Below, one piece after another: positions 42,194-52,150 of a stretch of DNA of 64,000 nucleotides. Source of the stretch: a plasmid; sequence record CP132319.1; one strand, 5' to 3'. Below the pieces are notes generated by a model that saw nothing but the letters and a program-made list of their open reading frames with translations, was not told the origin of the DNA and made no database searches. Each line of letters starts with the position of its first letter. Position 1 is the first letter of the stretch. Made by a program: the position numbers and the translations under genes.

Positions 42194-42799
42194 ATGAGCG
42201 AGAAACACCGCGAGGACGAAATACGGCTCGACGCGAGAAATGCCTCCGAGCGAACGACGCTTGTCTGGGTCCTTGCCATCAATCTGTTGCAAGTGATCGT
42301 CGCCGGCGTCGTTGGCGTCTTCGCTGACTCGACCGGTCTTCTGGGAGCAGCCCTCGATAATATGGGCGACGCTGGCGTTTATGCCATCAGCCTTTACGCC
42401 GTCGGTCGGACGGTAGTGGCAAAGGTGCGTGTTGCGCGCCTGTCCGGAATCCTGCTGATCGCCCTGGGTCTGGCACTTTTCGTCGAGGTAGGGCGTCGGT
42501 TTTTCGTAGGCGCCGAGCCGATTGGCTTGGCCATGATCATTACCGCCTTCATCAATGCCGCGCTGAATGTCATTTGCCTGAAGCTTCTTCGATCGCATCG
42601 CGATCAGGGCGTTCATCTGAAGGCGTCGTGGATTTTCACGACGAACGATATGATCGCCAATGCCGGCATTGTCGTTTCGGGCGCAGCGGTTATGTTCTTC
42701 GCTTCTCCTTATCCGGATCTGGTTATCGGGGTGTTGGTTGCAGGCATCGTCCTGCGGGGTGGCTGGGAAATCCTGGAAGAGGCGAAGGACGCATCTTAG
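42194..42799 (+). CDS. Cation-diffusion-facilitator-like membrane protein, TM domain only (no cytoplasmic C-terminal domain)
   Basis: Six predicted TM helices; CDF-like ...DSTGLLGAALDNMGDAG and ...NDMIANAGIVV motifs; 201 aa. Confidence 0.6.
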   Translation: MSEKHREDEIRLDARNASERTTLVWVLAINLLQVIVAGVVGVFADSTGLLGAALDNMGDAGVYAISLYAVGRTVVAKVRVARLSGILLIALGLALFVEVGRRFFVGAEPIGLAMIITAFINAALNVICLKLLRSHRDQGVHLKASWIFTTNDMIANAGIVVSGAAVMFFASPYPDLVIGVLVAGIVLRGGWEILEEAKDAS

Positions 42800-42982
42800 C
42801 GGCCTGCAATGTAGGAGATCGGCGTTCATTGCAGTTCACGACGCTGGTCGGCAATTCGCCTGCCGCCACAGACGCATTGGAACGAGGGCCTCAAACAGTC
42901 GAATGCGCTCTCTGCCTGCGCCGGCCACCCACTTCCCAGCCGCCGCTTTACATCAAAGCGGCTTTTGAATCTGTGTTGGCCC

Positions 42983-43390
42983 CTAATGCTTCGGCGAAAG
43001 AGAATCGATGATGCGGCAGTCGGCGACCGTTCCACAACTACACTGGTCGATAATACTGTCTAGTTCCGCCTTCAACGCCTGCAGGTCGCGGATCTTGCGC
43101 TCGACCTCGGCGCGATGCTCGTTGGCAATTTCGTCGACCGCCATGCATGACTGGTCACGGTCGTCACTCAGCCTCAGAAGACCGCGTACCTGATCGAGGG
43201 AAAATCCAAGGTCGCGCGCGCGACGGATGAAGCTCAGTCGATTCAGGTGCGCATGGTCATAGGCGCGGTAGTTGCCCTCGGTGCGGCCCGGTTCGGGCAG
43301 CAAACCGTTCTTTTCATAAAAGCGGATCGTTTCAACCTTGGTGCCGGTTTTCTTGGCAAGATACCCGATTGTCAGAATGTTTGGCGACAT
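42983..43390 (-). CDS. MerR-family Cd/Pb/Zn-responsive regulator (CadR/PbrR/ZntR-like)
   Basis: HTH LTIGYLAKKTGTKVETIRFYE; metal-binding Cys (C79-like ...DQSCMA and C-terminal CSCGTVADCRII); divergent from the P-type ATPase. Confidence 0.8.
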   Translation of the reverse strand: MSPNILTIGYLAKKTGTKVETIRFYEKNGLLPEPGRTEGNYRAYDHAHLNRLSFIRRARDLGFSLDQVRGLLRLSDDRDQSCMAVDEIANEHRAEVERKIRDLQALKAELDSIIDQCSCGTVADCRIIDSLSPKH

Positions 43391-43393
43391 GGC

Positions 43394-43424
43394 TTGACCC
43401 TGTAGTTGCTACAGGCCTCATGTA
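43394..43424 (+). promoter_or_regulatory. MerR(PbrR/CadR)-type promoter of the Zn/Cd/Pb ATPase gene: -35 TTGACC plus dyad CCTGTAGttgCTACAGG
   Basis: Perfect 7-bp dyad in the spacer; about 35 nt upstream of the ATPase start. Confidence 0.65.
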
Positions 43425-43456
43425 AGGCGCCAGTTCGTAATTGTCGAGGTGACGTC

Positions 43457-45592
43457 ATGGCTTCCAGCGCGTTGAAATTGAAGATCAAGGGCATGGATTG
43501 CGCTGCCTGCGCAATGAAGATTGAAAACGCGATGAAGCGCTTGCCAGGCGTCAGCGACATCAATGTCAATTACAGTCAGGAAAGCATGGTCATCATGCTG
43601 GATAAGGACAGGACCTCGCCGCAGACTGTCGAGGACAAGATCAAAGGGCTCGGCTTCACCCCAATTTCAGCGGGCGCGGACAATCAAGCTGGTGCCAGCC
43701 AGCTCCCGGACTACCACGACCAGGCATGGTGGAAGGGTAAGAAGGGGCGTCTCGTCATCTTCACTGGCGCGATGTTTGCAGTTGCCTGGAGCATCGCCCA
43801 CGTATCTCCGGACTGGGGTCAGATCGCTTACTCGGTAGCGGCGCTGATCGCCATCGTTCCGTTCGCAAGACGTGCCTTCGTCGGTGCTGTCTCCGGAACG
43901 CCGTTTAGCATCGAAACGCTGATGACGGTTGCCGCGCTCGGGGCGTTGCTGATTGGGGCCGCCGAGGAGTCGGCGGTCGTAATCCTGCTGTTTGCCGTTG
44001 GCGAGCTTCTCGAAACCATCGCGGCCGGCCGCGCCCGGGCTGGTATCAAGGCATTGATCGATCTTGTCCCAAGGACTGCCTTTCGCGAGCGCGATGGCGT
44101 GGTCGAGAAGGTTGCAGTAGAGGAACTGGCGATCGACGACATAGTCGTCGTGCGGCCCGGCGATCGTGTTCCCTCCGATGGCAAAGTCACGCAGGGCTTT
44201 TCCGAACTCAACGAGGCTCCGGTGACAGGTGAGTCCGTTCCGGTCGCCAAGAACGTCGGCGACAAGGTCTATGCCGGCAGCATCAACACCAATGGCGAGC
44301 TTCGGGTGGCGATCAGTCATGTCGCGGCCGACAATACAATCTCGCGCATCATTCATATGGTCGAGGAAGCGCAGTCGTCGAAGGCACCAATGGCACGGCT
44401 GATCGATCGCTTCAGCGCCTGGTATACGCCGGCGGCTATGGTGGTGGCGGCGCTGGTCATCGTCGTGCCGCCGATCTTCTTCGGCGGCGAGTGGGCGACG
44501 TGGATCTACCGTGGCCTCTCCACGCTCCTGATCGCCTGCCCCTGTGCGCTGGTCATCTCCACGCCGGCGGCCATAGCGTCCGGACTTGCGGCCGGCGCTC
44601 GCAAGGGTCTGCTTATCAAGGGCGGCGCGGCACTTGAGACGCTCGGAAAGGTCAAGACCGTCGCCTTCGACAAGACAGGAACGCTGACCCGCGGCCGACC
44701 GCAGGTCACGGATGTGTTGGCAATTGTCGGGACAGAGGCCGATGTGCTGGCCCGCGCGGCCGCCGTCGAACGGAACAGCAGCCATCCGCTAGGCGTCGCG
44801 ATTGGTGAAGCGGCGGTCGCAAAAGGCTTATCTGTGCCGGCAAGCTTCGGCGGTGCCAAGGCAACGCCCGGAAAAGCGGTTACTGCGCGGTTGAAGAACG
44901 GCTTCGTCTCCGTCGGGTCTCCCCGATTTGCCGCCGAGCAGGCCGTACTCGATGACGAATTTGCCCGGCGGATCACCTACCTTGAGGAAGAAGGAAAGAC
45001 GGTCGTCGTTCTGATGATGAACGGCAAGATTGAGGGCCTGATCGCGCTCAGGGACGAGCCGCGGGACGACGCCGCAACTGCCATCCGGCATCTGCAGGAT
45101 ATCGGCGTCAAAACTATCATGCTCACCGGCGACAATCAGCGCACGGCAATAGCGATAGGATCGGCGCTCGGACTGGACGTGAAGGCGGAACTACTTCCGG
45201 ACGCCAAGCTTGCCGAGATCTCGCGCCTCAAGACGCAAGCGCCCATCGCCATGATCGGCGACGGTATCAATGACGCTCCGGCGCTCGCCACCGCTTCGGT
45301 CGGGGTGGCAATGGGCGGAGGAACCGATGTCGCGCTGGAAACCGCCGACGCCGCGCTGCTTCGCGACAAGGTTATGGGAGTGGCCGATCTCATTGCCCTC
45401 TCAAAGGCGACGCTTGGCAACATCTGGCAAAATATCGGGCTCGCTCTTGGTCTCAAGGTCATTTTCCTCGGCACGACGCTTTTCGGTGTTACCACGCTTT
45501 GGATGGCGATTCTGGCTGATACGGGGGCGACGGTCCTGGTAACAGCCAATGCACTTCGCCTTCTTCGCCATCGCCGCCGTGATATCGAGTAG
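43457..45592 (+). CDS. Zn/Cd/Pb-translocating P1B-type ATPase (ZntA/CadA/PbrA-like)
   Basis: One HMA domain (GMDCAACAMKIE); CPC (ACPCALVISTP); DKTGTLT; [10 protein letters not shown]. Confidence 0.9.
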   Translation: MASSALKLKIKGMDCAACAMKIENAMKRLPGVSDINVNYSQESMVIMLDKDRTSPQTVEDKIKGLGFTPISAGADNQAGASQLPDYHDQAWWKGKKGRLVIFTGAMFAVAWSIAHVSPDWGQIAYSVAALIAIVPFARRAFVGAVSGTPFSIETLMTVAALGALLIGAAEESAVVILLFAVGELLETIAAGRARAGIKALIDLVPRTAFRERDGVVEKVAVEELAIDDIVVVRPGDRVPSDGKVTQGFSELNEAPVTGESVPVAKNVGDKVYAGSINTNGELRVAISHVAADNTISRIIHMVEEAQSSKAPMARLIDRFSAWYTPAAMVVAALVIVVPPIFFGGEWATWIYRGLSTLLIACPCALVISTPAAIASGLAAGARKGLLIKGGAALETLGKVKTVAFDKTGTLTRGRPQVTDVLAIVGTEADVLARAAAVERNSSHPLGVAIGEAAVAKGLSVPASFGGAKATPGKAVTARLKNGFVSVGSPRFAAEQAVLDDEFARRITYLEEEGKTVVVLMMNGKIEGLIALRDEPRDDAATAIRHLQDIGVKTIMLTGDNQRTAIAIGSALGLDVKAELLPDAKLAEISRLKTQAPIAMIGDGINDAPALATASVGVAMGGGTDVALETADAALLRDKVMGVADLIALSKATLGNIWQNIGLALGLKVIFLGTTLFGVTTLWMAILADTGATVLVTANALRLLRHRRRDIE

Positions 45593-45693
45593 GAGCAACT
45601 GGAAAGGAGGCCGATGCCCTGCTTTCCGGATCTACAGCGCTTTCCGAGAAATTCGAAATTCATCAATCGACCCTCGTTAAGGGGGTCGCCAAA

Positions 45694-46008
45694 ATGCGTC
45701 AGTTCGAAGATGCGATCGAAATAATGCCGGGAGAAACCCTAGCTTTGAGGGCGGGCGCATCGCACATCATGTTTGCGAAGCTTAGGAAGCAACTGGCGGC
45801 AGGGGAGCGCTTCGCCGTCAGTCTCAACTTCAAGAACGCTGGCTCGACAACCGTGGACTTGGCTGTCCAGGGGCTCGGGGTTTCCAAGCCCGCCAAAGCC
45901 CATGACGACGCAGGCCGAAGGCTGACTGACCGTGCTGAAGATTGTCCGCACCGCTGCTTAGTTGCCGGCGCGATTCCTGTCGCGATCTTAATCGGCGCCT
46001 GGCCCTGA
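45694..46008 (+). pseudogene. Fragment resembling the C-terminal half of a PCu(A)C/DUF461 periplasmic copper chaperone (N-terminus missing)
   Basis: ...LRAGASHIMFAKLRKQLAAGERFAVSLNFKNAGSTTVDLAVQ matches the PCuAC H(M)x10M and beta-sandwich end, but no signal peptide or first half is present. Confidence 0.35.
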
Positions 46009-46211
46009 TGCCGCCGCCCGCGGGGCGGGAGCGTGCAACCTGCGATCGCCACAGGTCTCCAGGTGCTCTTATCCTCTCGACGGCCTGTCTGTCAGGTCAG
46101 GAACTCGCAATAGAACCAATTCGTGCTGAGCGAGGTCGAAACCGAGAGACAGCCGCGGTGTCAGGCCGGATGTAGAAGAGGTCGACCGGCCTGACGGAGA
46201 CGTCGGGGCGC

Positions 46212-46421
46212 TCAGTTCGAGACCGTGTATCCGAGGTCCACAACCGTCTCCTGCAGTATGTCGGCGCCGATGATCTCGGGATCGATCTGAACGATCGCCC
46301 TAGTGCTATCGAGTGAAACGTTGACGTCCAGCACGCCGGGAAGCGCGCGTAGGCCCTTCTCGACCTTTGCGACACAGCTCGCGCAGTCCATTCCGACCAC
46401 ATTCATTTCTACAGTTTCCAT
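46212..46421 (-). CDS. HMA-domain metallochaperone (CopZ/MerP-like)
   Basis: METVEMNVVGMDCASCVAKVEK; about 69 aa; RBS AAAGGA. Confidence 0.8.
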   Translation of the reverse strand: METVEMNVVGMDCASCVAKVEKGLRALPGVLDVNVSLDSTRAIVQIDPEIIGADILQETVVDLGYTVSN

Positions 46422-46473
46422 CTGAAATCCTTTCAGGACTAAGCTGACGTGAGTTAAGTTTCCCAACGCGTCA

Positions 46474-46504
46474 AAACTTTGCACCCTGTAGCGGCTGCAG
46501 GGTC
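46474..46504 (-). promoter_or_regulatory. MerR(PbrR/CadR)-type promoter: -35 TTGACC plus dyad CCCTGCAGccgCTACAGGG, driving the HMA chaperone
   Basis: Third copy of the CTGTAG/CTACAG box; TTGACC on the minus strand. Confidence 0.55.
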
Positions 46505-46791
46505 AACCCAAAGGGCTCACGGTTCCTAGAAATTTTTGGGCCCTTCGATCATTTGCCGCCAAGCCAATGTCCGGGAGGCATCCGCAGCCAATGAAGCGCC
46601 GTTGATCCAGTACCACTCTGCATCGTGCTACGTACCGAGTTAAAAACCTAGGAACGCAGATCAGAGCTATAAAGCCCCAGATTGAGGTGTTTAGCAGGGC
46701 CTCTGCCCTGCACGCTTAATCAGATGGTGGTGGAACCGGGTCACGCTTCATACCGGATGCTATGCGATATGTTTGCCGGCGGGCATTGTGA

Positions 46792-47640
46792 TTACTCTGG
46801 TGTGACCGGCAGTGCTCGCTTGTGTGCGGTCGCTGTGTACATGGTGAGGATTCGCTCGCGAGCTGGTTCCGTGATCACCTTACCCTCGAGAAAATCGTCA
46901 ATCTCGTCGTAGGTGACGCCGTAAGCCTCCTCGTCAGGACGCAGCGGCGCATCGCTTTCTAGGTCGGCGGTCGGCACCTTGTCGATCAGTTCCTGTGGCG
47001 CTCCGACGTGCTTTGCAATTGCACGGACGCGGCGCTTGGTAAGACCCGAAAGTGGAAGGATATCCGCAGCGCCGTCTCCGAATTTCGTGAAGAACCCCAT
47101 CAGCGCCTCGGCGGCGTGATCCGTACCGATCACCAAGCCGCCGACGGCGCCCGCCAACGCGTATTGCGCAATCATGCGCTGACGTGCCTTGATATTGCCG
47201 AGGTGGAAATCGACCCTCTCTACCTCAAACAATTCTCCTGCCTGACGACGGATCTCTGCAAGCATGGCATCGGCAGCCGGTTTGATGTCGATGGTGACGG
47301 TTCGATCGGGACGGATCGCCGCTAAGGCTTTCTGCGCATCGGCTTCATCAGCCTGAACGCCATACGGGAGCCGCACTGCGACGAATTCCGCTTTGTGGCC
47401 GTGCTCGCGCAGGCGGTTTGAAGCGGTCTGGGCCAGGATGGCGGCGGTCAGGGAATCCACGCCGCCGCTGATGCCAAGGACAAAGGCCCGTAATGCCCTA
47501 GTGCGAAGGTAATCGGCCAGAAACGCGATCCGACGTTCTGTCTCTGCTGCTGCATCGAAGCTCGGTGCGACGCCGAGTGCGTGGATGATATCGGCCTGTT
47601 GATGCAGCAAGGTCGTTCCTTCGTTTGACGAACGCATCAA
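46792..47640 (-). CDS. nadE: NH3-dependent NAD+ synthetase
   Basis: PP-loop SGGVDS in ...VLGISGGVDSLTAAILAQ; 282 aa. Confidence 0.85.
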   Translation of the reverse strand: MMRSSNEGTTLLHQQADIIHALGVAPSFDAAAETERRIAFLADYLRTRALRAFVLGISGGVDSLTAAILAQTASNRLREHGHKAEFVAVRLPYGVQADEADAQKALAAIRPDRTVTIDIKPAADAMLAEIRRQAGELFEVERVDFHLGNIKARQRMIAQYALAGAVGGLVIGTDHAAEALMGFFTKFGDGAADILPLSGLTKRRVRAIAKHVGAPQELIDKVPTADLESDAPLRPDEEAYGVTYDEIDDFLEGKVITEPARERILTMYTATAHKRALPVTPE

Positions 47641-47855
47641 TAGCTAAGCCCAGGCGCGGTGACGTCAAGGCCTTTCATAGGGGCTGATCAATTCCCTCGA
47701 TGTCGGTCATCTGTTTCGCGTTCGTCAGTTGGGCTGGAAGGCGTCTACCCGGGAAGCGGCAAGCTTACAGCGGAAAGTTGCCTGTTGCAGCGCGTGGTCG
47801 TGGCTTAATTTGTGTGACCAATGGCCGAGGCCGTCGTGAGGATCCGGCCATTAGG

Positions 47856-49880
47856 TCATTCAGCAGCCTGCAGACTGCGCCTCTGGTTCTCGGTTACAGC
47901 ATGATCCGCTTCGGATGCGGCTGGCAGTCGCCATCCCTTGATCAGCCCATAGACGGCCGGAATGACGACCAGCGTCAGCAGCGTCGACGACACCATGCCG
48001 CCGATCATCGGTACGGCGATCCGTTGCATGATCTCCGATCCCGTGCCGGTCCTCCACAGGATCGGCACGAGGCCGGCCATGATGGCGGCGACGGTCATCA
48101 TCTTCGGTCGGACGCGCTCGACCGCGCCGACCATGATCGCCCGATTGAGGTCCGGCTTCGAGAAGGAACGACCCTCCTGTTCGCAGGCTTCGCGTTGCTC
48201 CTTCAGGGCGTGGTCGAGATAGATCAACATGATCACCCCGGTTTCCGCCGCCACGCCTGCAAGGGCAATGAAGCCGACGGCGACCGCCACCGAGGCGTTG
48301 AAGCCCATCCACCACATCAGCCAGATGCCGCCGACCAGCGCGAACGGCAGCGACAGCATTACGATGACAGTCTCCGTCAGCGCCTTGAAGTTCAGGTAGA
48401 GCAGCAGGAAGATCAGGGCCAGGGTCAGGGGAACGACGACGGCCAGTCGTGCTTCGGCCCGTTGGAGATATTCGAACTGACCGCTCCAGGCGACGGAATA
48501 GCCTGGAGGCATCGTCACGCTCCTTGCCACTGCCTGCTGGGCTTCGGCGACATAGCCGCCGAGATCGCGGTTGGCGATGTCGACGTAGATGTAGACGGCG
48601 AGCTGGCCGTTTTCGGTGCGGATGGTTGTCGCTCCGCGCGTCAGCTTGACGTCCGCGACCTCGCCGAGAGGAACCGTCCCGCCGCCCGGCAGGGATATCT
48701 GCACGTCCCTGGCGATCGACTGCGGATCGCTTCGCGAGGCCCGTGGATACCGTATTGCCACGCCATATCGTTCCCGGCCTTCGACCGTCTGGGTAACGAC
48801 CTCGGAGCCCAGCGCCATGCCGACAACGTCCTGGACATCGTTGATGGTCAGCCCGTAACGGCCGAGCGCCGTTCGATCGGGAACGATGTCGAGGTAGTAG
48901 CCGCCGATCACCCGCTCGGCATAGGCGCTCGACGTACCGGGGATTGTCTTCAGCACGCTTTCGATTTGGCGAGCGACTTTTTCCATCTCGCCGAGATCTG
49001 TACCGTAGACTTTAACCCCGACGGGCGTTCTGATCCCGGTCGACAGCATATCGATGCGGGCGCGGATCGGCATGGTCCAGGCATTGGAGACGCCGGGGAA
49101 CTGCAGGGCGGCGTCCATCTCCTGTTTCAGGCTGTCGGTGGTGACCCCCGGCCGCCATTCCGACTTCGGCTTCAGGGTGATGATCGTCTCGAACATCTCC
49201 GTCGGCGCCGGGTCGGTGGCGGTCAGCGCCCGCCCGGCCTTGCCAAAGACGGTTTGGACTTCCGGGAAGGACTTGATGATGCGGTCCTGCGTCTGCATCA
49301 GCTCGGCCGCCTTGGTGACCGATATGCCGGGCAAGGTGGTCGGCATGTACATCAGCGTGCCCTCGTCGAGATTGGGCATGAACTCGCTACCGATATGCTG
49401 GACGGGCCAGGCAGTGACCCCGAGGATGACGAGCGCCGCCAGAATCGTCAATGTCTTGACCCGCAACACCCCAGCAATGACGGGGCGGTAGATCCAGATC
49501 AGGAACCGATTGAGAGGGTTCTTGTGCTCGGGAACGATATAGCCCCGAACGAAGAGGATCATCAGTGCAGGCACAAGCGTCACCGATAGCAGGGCGGCAG
49601 CAGCCATCGAGAAAGTCTTGGTGAAGGCGAGCGGCCCGAACAGCCGGCCTTCCTGCGATTCCAGTGTAAAGATCGGCAGGAACGACACGGTGATGATCAG
49701 CAGGCTGAAGAACAGCGCCGGCCCGACCTCGCTCGCCGCCTCTATGAGGATTTCCACCCGTGGCTTGTCAGGCGGCGCACGCTCGAGATGCTTATGGGCA
49801 TTCTCGATCATGACGATCGCCGCGTCGATCATCGCGCCGATGGCGATAGCGATGCCGCCGAGGCTCATGATGTTTGCACC
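47856..49880 (-). pseudogene. 5'-truncated cusA/czcA paralog (lacks the first approximately 370 codons)
   Basis: From GIGANIMSLGGIAIAIGAMIDAAIVMIENAHKHLE onward it aligns with cusA at 29415 (high protein identity, roughly 80% by eye at DNA level); upstream of that point the sequence is unrelated. Confidence 0.7.
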
Positions 49881-50100
49881 GATCCCGGTTCGGGCAGAGG
49901 TCGCGGACCTGTCCATGCTGTCGGCGCACGCCGACGCAAACGAGCTGATGCGCTGGCTGTCCGGCTTCCGTCGGCCGCCGTCCCGCGTGTTCATCGTGCA
50001 TGGTGAAGACGATGCCTCCGAAGCGCTGCGCGTGCGGATCGACCGCGAGCTTGGATGGAACGCAGTCGTCTCACGCCAGAATCAGGCTTTCGACCTATGA
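49881..50100 (+). pseudogene. 3'-terminal fragment of an MBL-fold beta-CASP gene (only the last approximately 70 codons)
   Basis: ...PVRAEVADLSMLSAHADANELMRWL...VFIVHGEDDASEAL matches beta-CASP motif C and the C-terminus; it abuts the truncated cusA paralog. Confidence 0.5.
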
Positions 50101-51629
50101 CGATCAACAACGTCGAACCCGAGGTTCCTTCTCAGCCGACGCTACGCGTGCGGCGCCTGCGGCTGCACACTCAGCACCAGGCCGTGGTGGTGATGCGCAC
50201 CGATTGCCATGTCTGCCGCTCGGAGGGTCTGTCCGCGCGCACCCAGGTCCTCGTCTCGATCGGCGCGAGACAGGTACAGGCAACGCTCTTTCAGGTCGAA
50301 GGAGATGCATTGCTCGCTCAGGATGAAGTCGGTCTTTCTGAAACAGCCTGGCAGATCCTCGGCGTTAGCGAGAATGACAATGTGACGGTGACCCATCCTC
50401 CGGCCGTGGAGTCTCTGACGAGCGTGCGCCGTCGCATATATGGCAATCGCCTCGACGCGCACGCCTTTGCCGAAATCGTGAGCGACGTGGTCGCAGGCCG
50501 CTATACCGAGGTCCATCTCGCCGCCTTTCTGACCGCCAGTGCCGCGCTTCCTCTCGACGAGAGCGAGACTGTTGACCTCACGCGCGCCATGGTCGATGTC
50601 GGCGACCGGATGAGCTGGAATGCTCCGATCGTTGTGGACAAGCACTGTGTCGGCGGGTTGCCGGGCAATCGAACCACGCCGATCGTCGTCGCGATCGTGG
50701 CCGCCAATGGCCTTGTCATGCCGAAGACGTCTTCGCGCGCGATTACCTCGCCAGCCGGCACCGCCGACACAATGGAAACGCTTGCCCCTGTCGACCTCAG
50801 CATCGAAACCCTTCGACGCGTCGTGGAAGCAGAAGGCGGATGCATCGCCTGGGGCGGGGCGGTGCATCTCAGCCCCGCCGACGACATTTTCGTCCGGATC
50901 GAACGCGAACTCGACGTGGATACCGAGGGACAGCTTGTCGCTTCCGTCCTTTCAAAAAAAATCGCCGCTGGCTCGACGCATGTGGTTATCGACATCCCGG
51001 TTGGGGCAACCGCCAAGGTGCGCAGCGAAGCGGCCGCCGATCAGCTCGCCAGTCGCCTCAGCGCCGTCGCTGCCCGTTTCGATCTGGCCCTGACCTGCGT
51101 CCAGACCGACGGTTCGCAACCCGTCGGGCGCGGCATCGGCCCAGGTCTAGAAGCCTTCGACGTCCTGGCGGTTCTTCAAAACGCGCCGGATGCGCCGGAC
51201 GATCTGCGACGCCGCGCGATCCTGTTGGCGGGCGCCGCGCTTGAGATCGGTGGAAAGGCCGCAAAGGGGAAAGGTGAAGCGCTTGCGTTGGCGACCTTGG
51301 TCGACGGTCGTGCCTGGTCGAAGTTCATGGCGATCTGCGAGGCGCAAGGCGGACTTCGTGAGCCACCGAAGGCCGCACAGGTTCATCCGTTGATCGCGTC
51401 GCGCGCCGGCCGCGTCGTCCATATCAACAATCGCAAAATCGCCCGACTCGCCAAGCTCGCCGGAGCGCCGGAGTCGAAGGCGGCAGGCGTCCAAATGGCC
51501 GTCCGCCTCGGCGACGAGATCGCCAGCGGCCAGCCGCTTTTGCACGTTCACGCCGAGACGGCTGGTGAACTTGGCTACGCACTGGACTATGCCGCGCATG
51601 CAGGCGACCTTTTCGAGGTCGAAAGTTGA
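50097..51629 (+). CDS. Thymidine phosphorylase-family protein (TP-like, about 510 aa)
   Basis: Glycosyl-transferase family-3 fold motifs ...DKHCVGGLPGNRTTP... and ...SRAITSPAGTADTME; C-terminal PYNP domain; ATGA coupling with the upstream fragment. Confidence 0.7.
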   Translation: MTINNVEPEVPSQPTLRVRRLRLHTQHQAVVVMRTDCHVCRSEGLSARTQVLVSIGARQVQATLFQVEGDALLAQDEVGLSETAWQILGVSENDNVTVTHPPAVESLTSVRRRIYGNRLDAHAFAEIVSDVVAGRYTEVHLAAFLTASAALPLDESETVDLTRAMVDVGDRMSWNAPIVVDKHCVGGLPGNRTTPIVVAIVAANGLVMPKTSSRAITSPAGTADTMETLAPVDLSIETLRRVVEAEGGCIAWGGAVHLSPADDIFVRIERELDVDTEGQLVASVLSKKIAAGSTHVVIDIPVGATAKVRSEAAADQLASRLSAVAARFDLALTCVQTDGSQPVGRGIGPGLEAFDVLAVLQNAPDAPDDLRRRAILLAGAALEIGGKAAKGKGEALALATLVDGRAWSKFMAICEAQGGLREPPKAAQVHPLIASRAGRVVHINNRKIARLAKLAGAPESKAAGVQMAVRLGDEIASGQPLLHVHAETAGELGYALDYAAHAGDLFEVES

Positions 51630-52150
51630 CGTGGCGGCTGTCCATTTGGATACGCCGGCACCGTCCGGCCGGCGCATTCTCGATCTACCAGCGCTTGATG
51701 CACTGGATGGTCCTTATCCTGTGTATCATCCAGGTCCCCACGGCCTGGGCGATCCAACGCACGCACATGGCGCACCTTTTCTTGAAACCTAAACCCTTCG
51801 ACCTTTTCCTGCATCAGGTTCACGCCTGGAGCGGATGGCTGATTATGGCGCTGGCGCTCAGTCAACTTATTCTGCGCTTCACATATGGCCGACCACCTCC
51901 GATCCAGGGCATGTCGGTGCTTGAGCGCATGATCGCAGGGGTCACTCATGCGGTGCTCTACGGCCTATTGCTCGCACTGCCGATCACAGGCACGATCGCT
52001 ATGTACGTGACGTTCCGCATCGCTTCCCTGCACAGCCTGCTGAGCTGGATGCTTCTGGTCGTTGCGACCACTCACGCCCTCGCTGCTCTGTGGCATCACT
52101 TCTGGCGTCGCGACGACGTGCTGCGGCGAATGATCAGGAACACGAAATAG
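51626..52150 (+). CDS. Cytochrome b561-family (Ni/Fe-hydrogenase b-type cytochrome-like) membrane protein
   Basis: Four TM helices with conserved His (LMHW..., HQVHAWSGW, AGVTHAVLYG, ATTHALAALWHH); the start codon is uncertain (TTG 51626 or an internal Met). Confidence 0.65.
   Translation: MTWRLSIWIRRHRPAGAFSIYQRLMHWMVLILCIIQVPTAWAIQRTHMAHLFLKPKPFDLFLHQVHAWSGWLIMALALSQLILRFTYGRPPPIQGMSVLERMIAGVTHAVLYGLLLALPITGTIAMYVTFRIASLHSLLSWMLLVVATTHALAALWHHFWRRDDVLRRMIRNTK

Noticed and set aside
43667-44785. 372-aa minus-strand ORF
   Set aside because: It is antisense to the Zn/Cd/Pb P-type ATPase gene and has a highly biased Arg/Gly/Asp composition.
47700-49589. 629-aa plus-strand ORF
   Set aside because: It lies entirely antisense to the cusA-paralog fragment and is a low-complexity Gly/Arg/Asp/His-rich translation, typical of spurious long ORFs on the opposite strand of a high-GC gene.
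50142-50867. 241-aa minus-strand ORF
   Set aside because: It is antisense to the TP-like gene.
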